Assembly: GCA_012960035.1 (NCBI GenBank)
Contig: DUBZ01000013.1
Coordinates: 3,228 to 67,227 of the forward strand
DNA from: Myxococcales bacterium
GTDB taxonomy: Bacteria; Myxococcota_A; UBA9160; UBA4427
DNA length: 64,000 nucleotides
Direction of reading: 5' to 3'
The first letter of the stretch is position 1. Each line of letters opens with the position of its first letter. The notes under the pieces are model-generated. The model was not told the DNA's origin. It worked only from the letters and a program-made list of their open reading frames with translations, and made no database searches. Shown in pieces: positions 1-8,886 of this stretch. The position numbers and the translations under genes were made by a program.

Positions 1-732
1 CTGGCGGCGGTCGAGCGCTTCGCGAGCGAAGGCGCACAGATCGTCGCGGTGGACTTGAAACAGAGCCCGCTAGAGGACGCGCTGGCGCTCGCAAAGACTG
101 CCGGTGTTGACGCCATCGCGGTTGGAGCCGATGTTTCTGACGCGGCTGACGTGCGGCGCTACATCGGCGAAGCGGTCTCGCGCTTCGGCGGCGTCGACGG
201 CTTGTTCAATAATGCGGGGATCGAAGGGGCGGTGGCTCCCATCGAAGAATATCCCGACGATGTTTTTGACAAGGTCATGTCCGTCAATGTGAAGGGCGTC
301 TTCCTTGGCATGAAGCACATCGCACCCGTGCTGCGAAACCGAGGTGGCGGAGCGATCGTGAACACGTCGTCCGTCGCAGGGCTCACGGGCAACGCTGTCA
401 TTTCGGCCTACGTGGCGAGCAAGCATGCGGTGATCGGCTTGACGCGTTGTGGCGCGCAGGCGTACGCGGCCGAAGGCATTCGTGTGAACGCGGTCTGCCC
501 GTCTCCGATCGACACGCGAATGATGCGTTCGCTCGAAGAGGGTTTGCGCGCAAACATGGACGATGCGGAGGAACCCGTTGATGTGGTGGCCGCCATGCAG
601 GCGTCGATCCCGGCCGGTCGCTACGGAACGCCGGCTGAGGTCGCAGCGTTGGTCGCGTTCTTGATGAGCGATGAAGCGTCGTTCATGAACGGCGGCGTCC
701 ACACGATCGATGGCGGCATGACGTCAGCTTGA
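1..732 (+). CDS. SDR family oxidoreductase, 5'-truncated by window edge
   Basis: Frame open from base 1 (LAAVERFASEGAQIVAVD); NNAG, YxxxK (YVASK), NAVCP and IDGG motifs. Confidence 0.9.
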   Translation: MAAVERFASEGAQIVAVDLKQSPLEDALALAKTAGVDAIAVGADVSDAADVRRYIGEAVSRFGGVDGLFNNAGIEGAVAPIEEYPDDVFDKVMSVNVKGVFLGMKHIAPVLRNRGGGAIVNTSSVAGLTGNAVISAYVASKHAVIGLTRCGAQAYAAEGIRVNAVCPSPIDTRMMRSLEEGLRANMDDAEEPVDVVAAMQASIPAGRYGTPAEVAALVAFLMSDEASFMNGGVHTIDGGMTSA

Positions 733-769
733 ACGATTTCGTTCTGCGGAGCGATCGATTGGCGCGGGG

Positions 770-2200
770 TTACAAGGCGATCAATAAGTAAACGACCGCT
801 ATCGCCAATTGCATTGCAGCGTAGGGGACCGCACGCTTGACGAAGTCTGCGAACGAAAGTGCGATTTTGTTTTTGTGGATGATCGTGACGGCGACGAGGG
901 TCGAGGCGGAGCCGATCGGGGTGATGTTGCCCCCGAGGTTGGCGCCAAAGATGACGGCCCACCAGTAGGGCGAGTCCCCGCTCAGTTCGAGTCCAGCCAA
1001 GATCTTCGCCAGCATTGCGGCGAGCGGGATGTTGTCTGTCACGCTGCTCGCTACCGCGCTTGCGACGAGCAGCGCGCTGGGCCCGGCGGTTTCGCCAAGA
1101 CTCAAGATCGGTTCGAGACCCAGGCCGATCAAGTGAAGGACCTGCGCGTGCTCCATCACGTTAATGACGATGAAGAGTGCGGCAAAGAAGGCAAGCAGGT
1201 CCCAGTCTATTTCCCGGTAGAAGCGGTCGGCCGTCGCCTTGTGTTGCACGAGTGCCACGATCGCGAACGAAAGCGCGACGTACCCCATGCCGAGATCGTT
1301 GAGCAGGGTGTCTGGGATCGAGGCCGAGGCAATGACGGCGATGAACAACACGAGCGTGGCCCCACCAAACCAGAATTGAAAGTTGGATGAAATGCCGTCG
1401 TTCTCGTCGAAGCCCGCGACGAGTCGCGCCGCGTCTTCAACTTCGGCGTCGCCCGAAAGCCGGTGAATCCCGAAGAGCTTCGCCCCCAACGCAACCGTGA
1501 TGGCGGTCGTCACGACGACATAAGGGGCCGCTGTCACAAAGAAGCTCGCGAAACTGATCCCGGCCGCATTGCCCACGATGATGTTCGGGACCGAGCTGAT
1601 CAAGGTAAGCAGGCCACCGACGTTCGTGAGGAAGCCTTCGATCAACAAGAACCCCAGAAGCTTGTCCGAAATGCCAAGTCTGCGCAGCGAGACACCGGTG
1701 AGCGAACCCACGATGATCATCGCGGTGACGTTGTTCAGGACCGCGGAAAACACCACCGTCATACAGCCGTACGCGATCAGCAAAATGAGGGGGTCGCCCT
1801 TCGAGGCTTTGGTGAGGCGCAGCGCGATCCAGGTGAAGAGCCCCGACTTTGCCGTGACATCGACAAAGAGCGAAGAGCCAAGGATGATCGATATCACCCC
1901 CCAGTCGATCGCCGGGATGTATACGGGCAGATGGATGTCTGCATCGCCTATGTGAATGTCCATCGCAGAAAATGGAAGTAGGCCGAAGAGACCGCCGAGC
2001 AAGAGCGTTGCAACGGCAAAGACGCCGACGATCACCGACTTCTTTGCATGGAGTTTCTCTTCGAACGCGAGACAAAGGATCATCGCGACCAGGAGCGCCG
2101 CGAAGAAGATGCTGGTGCCGAGGGCGACTTCGTGCCCGCCCCCATGCGCTGTGGCGAGGGCCGCGTCGTTTACTTGTTGCACGCCCGGATTCTCCATCAA
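770..2200 (-). CDS. ArsB/NhaD-family (IT superfamily) ion transporter
   Basis: Many hydrophobic segments; SAVLNNVT, SSVPNII, SSVTDNIP and GANLGGNITPIGS motifs. Confidence 0.85.
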   Translation of the reverse strand: MMENPGVQQVNDAALATAHGGGHEVALGTSIFFAALLVAMILCLAFEEKLHAKKSVIVGVFAVATLLLGGLFGLLPFSAMDIHIGDADIHLPVYIPAIDWGVISIILGSSLFVDVTAKSGLFTWIALRLTKASKGDPLILLIAYGCMTVVFSAVLNNVTAMIIVGSLTGVSLRRLGISDKLLGFLLIEGFLTNVGGLLTLISSVPNIIVGNAAGISFASFFVTAAPYVVVTTAITVALGAKLFGIHRLSGDAEVEDAARLVAGFDENDGISSNFQFWFGGATLVLFIAVIASASIPDTLLNDLGMGYVALSFAIVALVQHKATADRFYREIDWDLLAFFAALFIVINVMEHAQVLHLIGLGLEPILSLGETAGPSALLVASAVASSVTDNIPLAAMLAKILAGLELSGDSPYWWAVIFGANLGGNITPIGSASTLVAVTIIHKNKIALSFADFVKRAVPYAAMQLAIAVVYLLIAL

Positions 2201-3054
2201 AGCAAAAGCAACGGGATGCCCCGCAGTTCGACTGCGAGAGGGTAAGCCTGGCCGTGCATCGCGAGCTGGTCGCCATCCATGGTGTTCATGACAAGCAGAT
2301 TGATTTCGTGCTCTTCGATGAGGCCCCGGTACGCAGAGATGCGATCCCCCATATACACGAGCGTTTCAATGTTGGCTTCGACGCCCGCCGCAGCTGCAAC
2401 TTCTCGACATGACGCGATGTAGTCCCGGGGTTCTTTCAACAACTGTGCTTCGACGAGTTCGCGCGCGTCTTCGGTTTCGATTTCGGGGACCTTCTCGACT
2501 GCCGCGATGAAGTGATTGAACTGGAGTCGGCTTTCGATGTGGGTAAGCCAGCAAGTTTCGCCCGCTGCCGTAAACCGCAAGGCAAAATTAACGAGCCGCG
2601 CGTCGCCCAAAATGTGATCGGTGATCGCCATGACGCGTTTGGTGTTCGCAAAGGCATGGGGGAGGGCGCGGTCTGCATCCGGGTGAGGGAGGACGAGGAC
2701 CGGGTAATGCGTCGCCTGGGTGAGCACGTCGAGGTACTCGCCCAGACTGTGCGGCCACTGCCATGCGTGAGAATGCAAGTGACGATAGGTGACGATGAGG
2801 TCTGGCTGCGCCCGTTCGACGACTTCGAGCAGCGCACCGACAGAATTAAAATCACCGCCGCCGACGTGCTGCCATTCAACGTTCTCGCCAAGCACGGACA
2901 AAAACGAAAGCGCCTGGTCGATCAGGCCCGTTGCGGCTTCGTCAGCGAGATCAGTTACGAACAGGAGGCGGCGAACGTCAATAGAACTGTGGGTGTGGAC
3001 GGGTTTGTCCGCGGCTTTGAACACAGACTCGAAGGTGTTGAGGTTGGTCATCAA
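2197..3054 (-). CDS. Hypothetical protein, probable tandem universal-stress-protein-like fold
   Basis: Two repeats of a USP-like pattern (RRLLFVTD..PDLIVT..PVLVLP and KRVMAITD..NLLVM..PLLLL); stop overlaps the transporter start. Confidence 0.6.
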   Translation of the reverse strand: MMTNLNTFESVFKAADKPVHTHSSIDVRRLLFVTDLADEAATGLIDQALSFLSVLGENVEWQHVGGGDFNSVGALLEVVERAQPDLIVTYRHLHSHAWQWPHSLGEYLDVLTQATHYPVLVLPHPDADRALPHAFANTKRVMAITDHILGDARLVNFALRFTAAGETCWLTHIESRLQFNHFIAAVEKVPEIETEDARELVEAQLLKEPRDYIASCREVAAAAGVEANIETLVYMGDRISAYRGLIEEHEINLLVMNTMDGDQLAMHGQAYPLAVELRGIPLLLL

Positions 3055-3112
3055 CCTGGGAGCCTACCGAAGATGGCTGCGCGGCGGGACGGAACCGAGG
3101 AAGCGCAATCGC

Positions 3113-4222
3113 TTACGTTGCGGGCGTTTGCATTTCGACGCGGAGAGGTTTGCGCTGATCGTCGAAGACGAGTTTCCATTCCGGTATGCGAAGGGCGGCG
3201 AGACAGCCGTTGAATTCGACGCCGTGGCGAGGGTCGGGGCGGTTCATCAAGTTCTTCGAGTAGGCCCCGCCGCCTCGTTCCGCGAACCGCAGTCCGACCG
3301 AGTAGTCGATGCACATCACTCGGCGCTTCGGGCCCAGCGGTTGTTCGGGGGGCGTAGACCCGAAGACGTCGGATTCACGGAGTTCGGCCAACGGCAGTGG
3401 GTCCGCGAAGTAGCGGCGCCAGTAGTGACCGATGACAACCGGCGGCCCGTCGTATTCCCCCCACCACGGCACCCGTCGTACCATGCGCCACTTGCCGGAA
3501 GCAAAGAAACTCTCGCCCGCGGCGCGTTCCATGCCGGAGGTCGCGACCTTGACCGCGTTCCCCATCTGGTTTGCTTCGTCGAACGCCGCAAGTTCGGGGA
3601 AGAAGTCCACTTTTTGTGCGGGGTTCTTCAGGATTGCTGACGTGAGTCCCCGCTCGCGCCACAGGGTTCGAAGGCTTTCGCCCATTGTCTTGAGCCTGGG
3701 ACGCAATGCTTGCTCTTCTTCGTCGAACGCGTCGATGACACTTGATGCCCCTCGCAATTTTTCAACGGAGGGTTCGTGCCAGCAGGCGTGGATGATCCGT
3801 AGATCTTCGCGTTCGAATGCACCCGGTAGGCTGCGAAGAAATGGTAGAAATGTCCGCGCCTTTTCGTCGGCGTCGACCACGACGCTGTTGTAGCCGGCTT
3901 CCTCGCGTCCGTACCACCAGCCTTCTCCCGAGCGATTTTGATCCGCTTGGTCCCGGACGGCATTGAGTTCGTGGTTGCCCGTGATGCACTGGGCGTTGCC
4001 GGAATCCACCAAGCGCTTGACTGCGCGAAGGACGCCCGGGCTGTCGGGGCCTCGGTCGATCAAGTCACCGACGAACACGAGCTTGCGCTGCTGCGCGTGT
4101 CGGCCGTCGTGGTCGTAGCCGAGTTTCTTTAACAGGGACACGAGCGCACCGAGTTCCCCGTGGATGTCACCGATGATGTCGATCGGGGTCTCGGGAATCG
4201 TTGCGATACAAGAGGACGGCAG
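3113..4222 (-). CDS. Metallophosphoesterase (ApaH/PrpE-like), probable CTG start
   Basis: GDIHG (in frame upstream of the ORF-track start at 4141), GDLIDRG, GNHE, IIHA and GHYW motifs. Confidence 0.85.
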   Translation of the reverse strand: MPSSCIATIPETPIDIIGDIHGELGALVSLLKKLGYDHDGRHAQQRKLVFVGDLIDRGPDSPGVLRAVKRLVDSGNAQCITGNHELNAVRDQADQNRSGEGWWYGREEAGYNSVVVDADEKARTFLPFLRSLPGAFEREDLRIIHACWHEPSVEKLRGASSVIDAFDEEEQALRPRLKTMGESLRTLWRERGLTSAILKNPAQKVDFFPELAAFDEANQMGNAVKVATSGMERAAGESFFASGKWRMVRRVPWWGEYDGPPVVIGHYWRRYFADPLPLAELRESDVFGSTPPEQPLGPKRRVMCIDYSVGLRFAERGGGAYSKNLMNRPDPRHGVEFNGCLAALRIPEWKLVFDDQRKPLRVEMQTPAT

Positions 4223-4598
4223 GGCGAACCTTCTGGGCTGTTGTTGCGGGGGATCCAGCGAGATCGGAGTCTAGCAGGCTGCGGAAAAACCCCGGACCGA
4301 GCAGCGCAGTTCCACTGCCGATGTTTCCGACTTCGGCCCGGAGCCTGTAGGTCGTGTTGGGTTCCAGGCACCGGGGTGAGTGTCTGTTCGACTCCGACCA
4401 CAGCACTTCCCGCCTACACCGGCGGCCATGCGTGAGGTGTTCTAGGCGCATGGGTTCTCTTTGGGCGCGAGCCGAATGGACCGTTGGGTGCGAGATGTTC
4501 CCAGCATCCGCGCTCCTTCGAGAGCGGTCGATCACTCGTATTGAGGACACGTTTGGCAGCGGGAAAGTTTTATCCAAAATTTCCGTTATCTTGGCTGA

Positions 4599-5756
4599 AT
4601 GTCGGACATTGCGTCTCTATTGATCGAACGCGCTCAGGCTCTCGTACCCCTGCTCGCCGAGCACGCAGCGGAAGCTGAGCGCCAACGCAAACCTCACGAC
4701 GACGTGATTGCTGCACTTGAAGAAGCCGAAATTTTCAAGCTTATGGTGCCCGCTGAGCACGGTGGCTTCGGCTTGGATCTCGACACGTTTCTTGAAGTGG
4801 GGCTCACACTCGCCGAAGGCGACGCGTCAATGGCCTGGGTGACGACCTTCTACATCGAGCATTGCTGGATGTTCTGCCACTTTCCAGAAGCGACGCAGAA
4901 ACAAATCTTCGCCGAGCGTAGCTATGCGTTGGCGCCGGCTGTCATCGCACCAAACGGAACCGCAGAGCCTGTGGACGGCGGCTTTCGCTTGAACGGTCGT
5001 TGGCAATGGGGCACCGGGGCCATGCACGCGCACTGGATCATCGTGGGGGCTCGCGTGCTTCGTGAAGACGACGCCCTGGATTTTCGATTTCTCGTGATGC
5101 CGCCCGAAGACGTCACGATCGATGACACCTGGTACGTCGACGGCATGCAGGGCACCGGGAGCAATGACATCGTGATTAAAGATCTCTTCGTTCCCGAAAC
5201 GCATTCGACATCGATGATGGACATGCTCTCGGGGAAAGGGCACGGCGCGAAACTTTATTCCGGGCCGCTCTACAGCACTCCAATGATTCCCATCTTGGCG
5301 CTTGCGGCTTCGATGCCCGCAGTAGGGCAAGCACGCGCCGCAGTGAAGCGCTTTCGAGACACGATGCAGGAACGCATCTTGTACGGCAGCGCGGACAAGC
5401 AGGCAGACAAACCCGCGGCGCAGATCCGTCTCGCCCGCGCGGACATCGAAGCAAAACAAGCCGAACTCTTGTTGCGTGACGTCGTGCGAGAAGTCATGGA
5501 ACTTCGAACGGACGCGACTGTCGACGACCGAGCGCGATGGGTCGCGTCATTCGCATACGCGGTCGATCAGAGCAAGCGTGTCTTGCAGTCGATCGCAGAG
5601 GCGAGTGGGGCGCATGCGCACTTTCAATCGCACCCGTTGCAACGGGCCGTGCGGGACGTCAACACGATGGCGTGCCACGTGGTGTTCGATCTCGATCAGA
5701 ACCTGGAGCGGCTAGGCAAGGCGATGCTCGGCCAAGAACCCAAAGGGCTCTTGTAG
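4599..5756 (+). CDS. Acyl-CoA dehydrogenase-fold flavin-dependent monooxygenase, HsaA-like oxygenase subunit
   Basis: VPAEHGG, LNGRWQWGTG, DTWYVDGMQGTGSND and HPLQRAVRD..H motifs. Confidence 0.85.
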   Translation: MSDIASLLIERAQALVPLLAEHAAEAERQRKPHDDVIAALEEAEIFKLMVPAEHGGFGLDLDTFLEVGLTLAEGDASMAWVTTFYIEHCWMFCHFPEATQKQIFAERSYALAPAVIAPNGTAEPVDGGFRLNGRWQWGTGAMHAHWIIVGARVLREDDALDFRFLVMPPEDVTIDDTWYVDGMQGTGSNDIVIKDLFVPETHSTSMMDMLSGKGHGAKLYSGPLYSTPMIPILALAASMPAVGQARAAVKRFRDTMQERILYGSADKQADKPAAQIRLARADIEAKQAELLLRDVVREVMELRTDATVDDRARWVASFAYAVDQSKRVLQSIAEASGAHAHFQSHPLQRAVRDVNTMACHVVFDLDQNLERLGKAMLGQEPKGLL

Positions 5757-5762
5757 CTGTCG

Positions 5763-6131
5763 CTACAACTTGGCAGTCGGAAACGGGCCCTTGGCGTCGC
5801 GAGGAATGATGCCTTCCTTGAGGGCGACCGGCTCCTTGAACGACACGATGTATACGACGCGACCCACGACTGCGCCTTCGGCGTGCCAGGCGCCCTTGGG
5901 AATCACCATGCGGTCGCCCGCTTCGACCGGGATATGCTCGCCGTCTTCGTCGACCATGTAGGTCTCACCTTCGACCACATAGCCGATCACGTCGTGGTCG
6001 TGTCGGTGAATGGGGAGTTCAGGCGATGCACCCGAAACGAACGTGTGCGGCCAGTAACCTGTCTGCTGGATGTCTTGCATCGCACCGGCGCGGTCGCTGA
6101 AGTGACCTTTGTCGATCGTCATCTTCGCCAT
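5763..6131 (-). CDS. Cupin domain protein
   Basis: HRHDHD..YVVEGE and GDRMVIPKGAWH cupin motifs; AGGAGG RBS before ATG at 6131. Confidence 0.8.
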   Translation of the reverse strand: MAKMTIDKGHFSDRAGAMQDIQQTGYWPHTFVSGASPELPIHRHDHDVIGYVVEGETYMVDEDGEHIPVEAGDRMVIPKGAWHAEGAVVGRVVYIVSFKEPVALKEGIIPRDAKGPFPTAKL

Positions 6132-6211
6132 TTGTGCCTCCTGCCCGAGTCGTTTGACAGTACAATAGCCCGGCGTCGCCACCTGATGTGACGTTCTTCC
6201 GCTGGAGTTTG

Positions 6212-6838
6212 ATGATGATCCGCATCGTACTGATCGCGCTTGTGCTGGGGCTCACGGATCTCGCGATGGCGGCGGACGAACCTGTCGGTGAAGACGGCGG
6301 CAGCGAAGCGTCGACCGGCGAAGCTGAGCCCTTCGAGCCCTCAAAATATGGCTCGCTGGGGCTGGCGATCGGCGTCGATCAATTCAGCCGCTTCGATCCA
6401 GTTGACCTCAATGGATCCAATCGCATCAAGCTGGATGCCAACGAGGGCATTGGTTTGGACTTGGCGTTCGGTTACCGCTGGCACCGCAACGCTTCGGTCG
6501 AAGCGCACTTCGTCTATATGCAGGGGCTCGACGACAATAGGAAGAAGGCCGAAGTCGAATATGAAGCCTTCACTGCAAACTTGAAGGTTTACCCGGTCAC
6601 AGGTCAGATCGAGCCGTACGCTTTTGCTGGGATGGGTGTGGGTCGCTTTCAGGTGGAGGCGGCGCGCGCAAAAGATTCACAGTGGGGCAACGTGTTTCGC
6701 CTCGGCGCGGGGGTAGATCTGCACTACACCGAAACGCTCGCCGTGTCCGTCGGGGGGGCTTATCTCTTTACCCGAGGCGATGTAGACGGCCGCGACATGC
6801 TCGAGTTCAAACTCGGTCTAACAAGCCGGTTCTGGTAG
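6212..6838 (+). CDS. Outer membrane beta-barrel protein (8-stranded OmpA/OmpW-like)
   Basis: Signal peptide ending AMA, alternating beta strands, PYAFAGMG, aromatic C-terminus (RFW). Confidence 0.75.
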   Translation: MMIRIVLIALVLGLTDLAMAADEPVGEDGGSEASTGEAEPFEPSKYGSLGLAIGVDQFSRFDPVDLNGSNRIKLDANEGIGLDLAFGYRWHRNASVEAHFVYMQGLDDNRKKAEVEYEAFTANLKVYPVTGQIEPYAFAGMGVGRFQVEAARAKDSQWGNVFRLGAGVDLHYTETLAVSVGGAYLFTRGDVDGRDMLEFKLGLTSRFW

Positions 6839-6903
6839 CGTACCCCGGCCCCCGGGCGTCCCCGGCGCCGGCATTCACCGCGCTTCAAATTACGGAGTCC
6901 CCG

Positions 6904-7524
6904 ATGCGCACTCGCGCCTTTTCACTGACTGCGCTCTCCTACGTTGTCGCTTTCGCCGCCGCCGCAATCACGGTTGCTGTGTTGTCGAGCGAGAGTCCCT
7001 TGGTCCGCGCCTTCTGGGCGGATGTCGTCGCAACCTGCGTGGTCTTCGGCTTCAGCTTCAAATTCAATAACTCGAGTTTTTACGACGCGTACTGGAGCGT
7101 CGCACCGGTCCCGATCGCGATCTACTGGATGCTGCTCCCCGAAGCCGCTGCAGCGGACGGTTTGCGGCAGCTGGTCGTCGCAACGTTGGTCACCGCATGG
7201 GCTTTGCGGCTTACCTACAACTGGGCGCGTGGCTGGACCGGGCTCGATCACGAAGACTGGCGTTATGTCGATCAACGCGAAAACACAGGCTCACTCTATT
7301 GGGGCGTAAGTTTCGTGGGTCTTCACATGATGCCGACTCTGCTCGTCTTCGCAGGATGCACCGCGCTATGGCCGGCGCTTGCGATCACGTTGCTATTTCG
7401 CTTTGTCAGTCTGAAGCTCATCGACGATCGGATGCTGGCGCGCCGTCCAGGCTACAGAGCGAGGATCGAAACGGTTCCGGCGCTCCTGCCGAGGCTGCGA
7501 AGAGGCGAGACCACAAATGCCTGA
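6904..7524 (+). pseudogene. DUF1295 (steroid 5-alpha-reductase-like) membrane protein with apparent in-frame internal deletion
   Basis: NSSFYDAYWS, WALRLT and HEDWRY present; GLW-x-SRHPNYFGE segment absent; 206 aa. Confidence 0.6.
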
Positions 7525-8734
7525 AACTGCAGGGTTTCAACTCGGAGACTTGAAGAATTCCCAAGACCCCTACGCGATCCTTGAAGCCGCGCGGGCGAAG
7601 AGCGGCGCGGTCTTTGATGCGGGCGGAAGCTGGTTGATTTTTGGCCACGCCGAAGGAACGGAAGTCTTGCGCAACTCGTCGACGCGTTCGGGCTTCATCG
7701 CCGACGGCTTTCGTCGGCGCTTGCCGGCGGGGGCTGCGCAAGACGAAATGGCGCATCGGATTAACTTTCTCGACCCTCCCGATCACACCCGGGTTCGCCG
7801 CCTCGTCGGAAAGGCTTTTACGCCGCGTCTGACCGCCAGCTTACGCCCCTTCGTGGAAACCATCGTTCGAGACTTGCTCGCGAAGTTTCCCGAAGACGAG
7901 CCCGTCGATTTTGTGCACGACTTCGCGCACGAAGTTCCGTCTCTCGTCATATCCGAGTTACTCGGTGTGCCCGTAAGGGATCGCGACCGCCTGACACAGT
8001 TGTCGGATCAGGTTTCGCGTTTGCTCGGTACCGACAACACCGAAGACGAGATGTCCAATGCGATCGTCGGTGCAGAAGAAATGCATGAGACACTTCGCGC
8101 GCTTCTTGCCGAACGGCGCGCGCAGCCCAAAGACGATTTGTTGAGCGCGCTGCTCGCCGCTGAAGACGAGCGCGAAAAGCTTTCGGAAACCGAACTGCTT
8201 TCGTTGGCCGCGACACTGTATTCAGCGGGTCATCGCACCACGCGCGACCTGTTCTCAAACGGACTCACCGCACTGCTCCCGCGCCCGGACTTCATCGCGG
8301 CGATCCAAGGCGGTGAACTCCCCGTCGCGGCGGTCGTCGAAGAGTTTCTTCGTTACGAAACGCCGACCCATATGATCGGACGCATGCTGACCGAACCGCT
8401 CGAAGTCGGGGGACACAAGATCGAGCCTGGGCAATACATTGGCGTGCTGCTTGCGGCGGCGAATCGAGACCCCGAAGCTTATGACCGCCCCAACGATTTC
8501 GACCCATGGCGATGGACCCGCAAGCCCGAGCCGCCGGCGCCGCTTTCATTTGCTCTCGGTGCCCATTTCTGTGTCGGGGCGAGCCTTGCTCGACTCGAAG
8601 TCGGTGTCATGCTCGAAATTCTGCTCCAAACATTTCCGAAAATTCGCTTGCACGACGCCGCATTGTCTTGGCACCACACCGGCGTCTTCCGAGGCGTTGA
8701 TTCACTGCCGGTTATCTTGGGTCCGCGCAGCTAA
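7517..8734 (+). CDS. Cytochrome P450
   Basis: DPPDHTRVR, EEFLR (ExxR), AANRDP and FALGAHFCVG heme-thiolate motif. Confidence 0.95.
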   Translation: MPETAGFQLGDLKNSQDPYAILEAARAKSGAVFDAGGSWLIFGHAEGTEVLRNSSTRSGFIADGFRRRLPAGAAQDEMAHRINFLDPPDHTRVRRLVGKAFTPRLTASLRPFVETIVRDLLAKFPEDEPVDFVHDFAHEVPSLVISELLGVPVRDRDRLTQLSDQVSRLLGTDNTEDEMSNAIVGAEEMHETLRALLAERRAQPKDDLLSALLAAEDEREKLSETELLSLAATLYSAGHRTTRDLFSNGLTALLPRPDFIAAIQGGELPVAAVVEEFLRYETPTHMIGRMLTEPLEVGGHKIEPGQYIGVLLAAANRDPEAYDRPNDFDPWRWTRKPEPPAPLSFALGAHFCVGASLARLEVGVMLEILLQTFPKIRLHDAALSWHHTGVFRGVDSLPVILGPRS

Positions 8735-8773
8735 GCGCATGGTCGTCGTGTGCTTATCTCGTATAGTCACCTG

Positions 8774-8851
8774 TAGTTGATTGAGATAGTTGATTGCGAT
8801 AGTTGATTGAGATAGCTGATCGCGATCGTTGATTACGATCATTAATTACGC
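8774..8851. repeat. 13-bp tandem repeat, six progressively degenerate units (consensus TAGTTGATTGMGA)
   Basis: tagttgattgaga, tagttgattgcga, tagttgattgaga, tagctgatcgcga, tcgttgattacga, tcattaattacgc. Confidence 0.9.
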
Positions 8852-8886
8852 CGCGCGGAGCCCCCTTTCGTGCGCAAGGAGGTCCG

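Noticed and set aside
4271-4290. CTAG-CAGGCTGCGGAAAAAC resembling an IS/MITE terminal repeat
   Set aside because: No matching opposite end or transposase seen; at most a relic
8774-8851. Tandem array as a CRISPR
   Set aside because: 13-bp units with no spacers and no cas genes in the window
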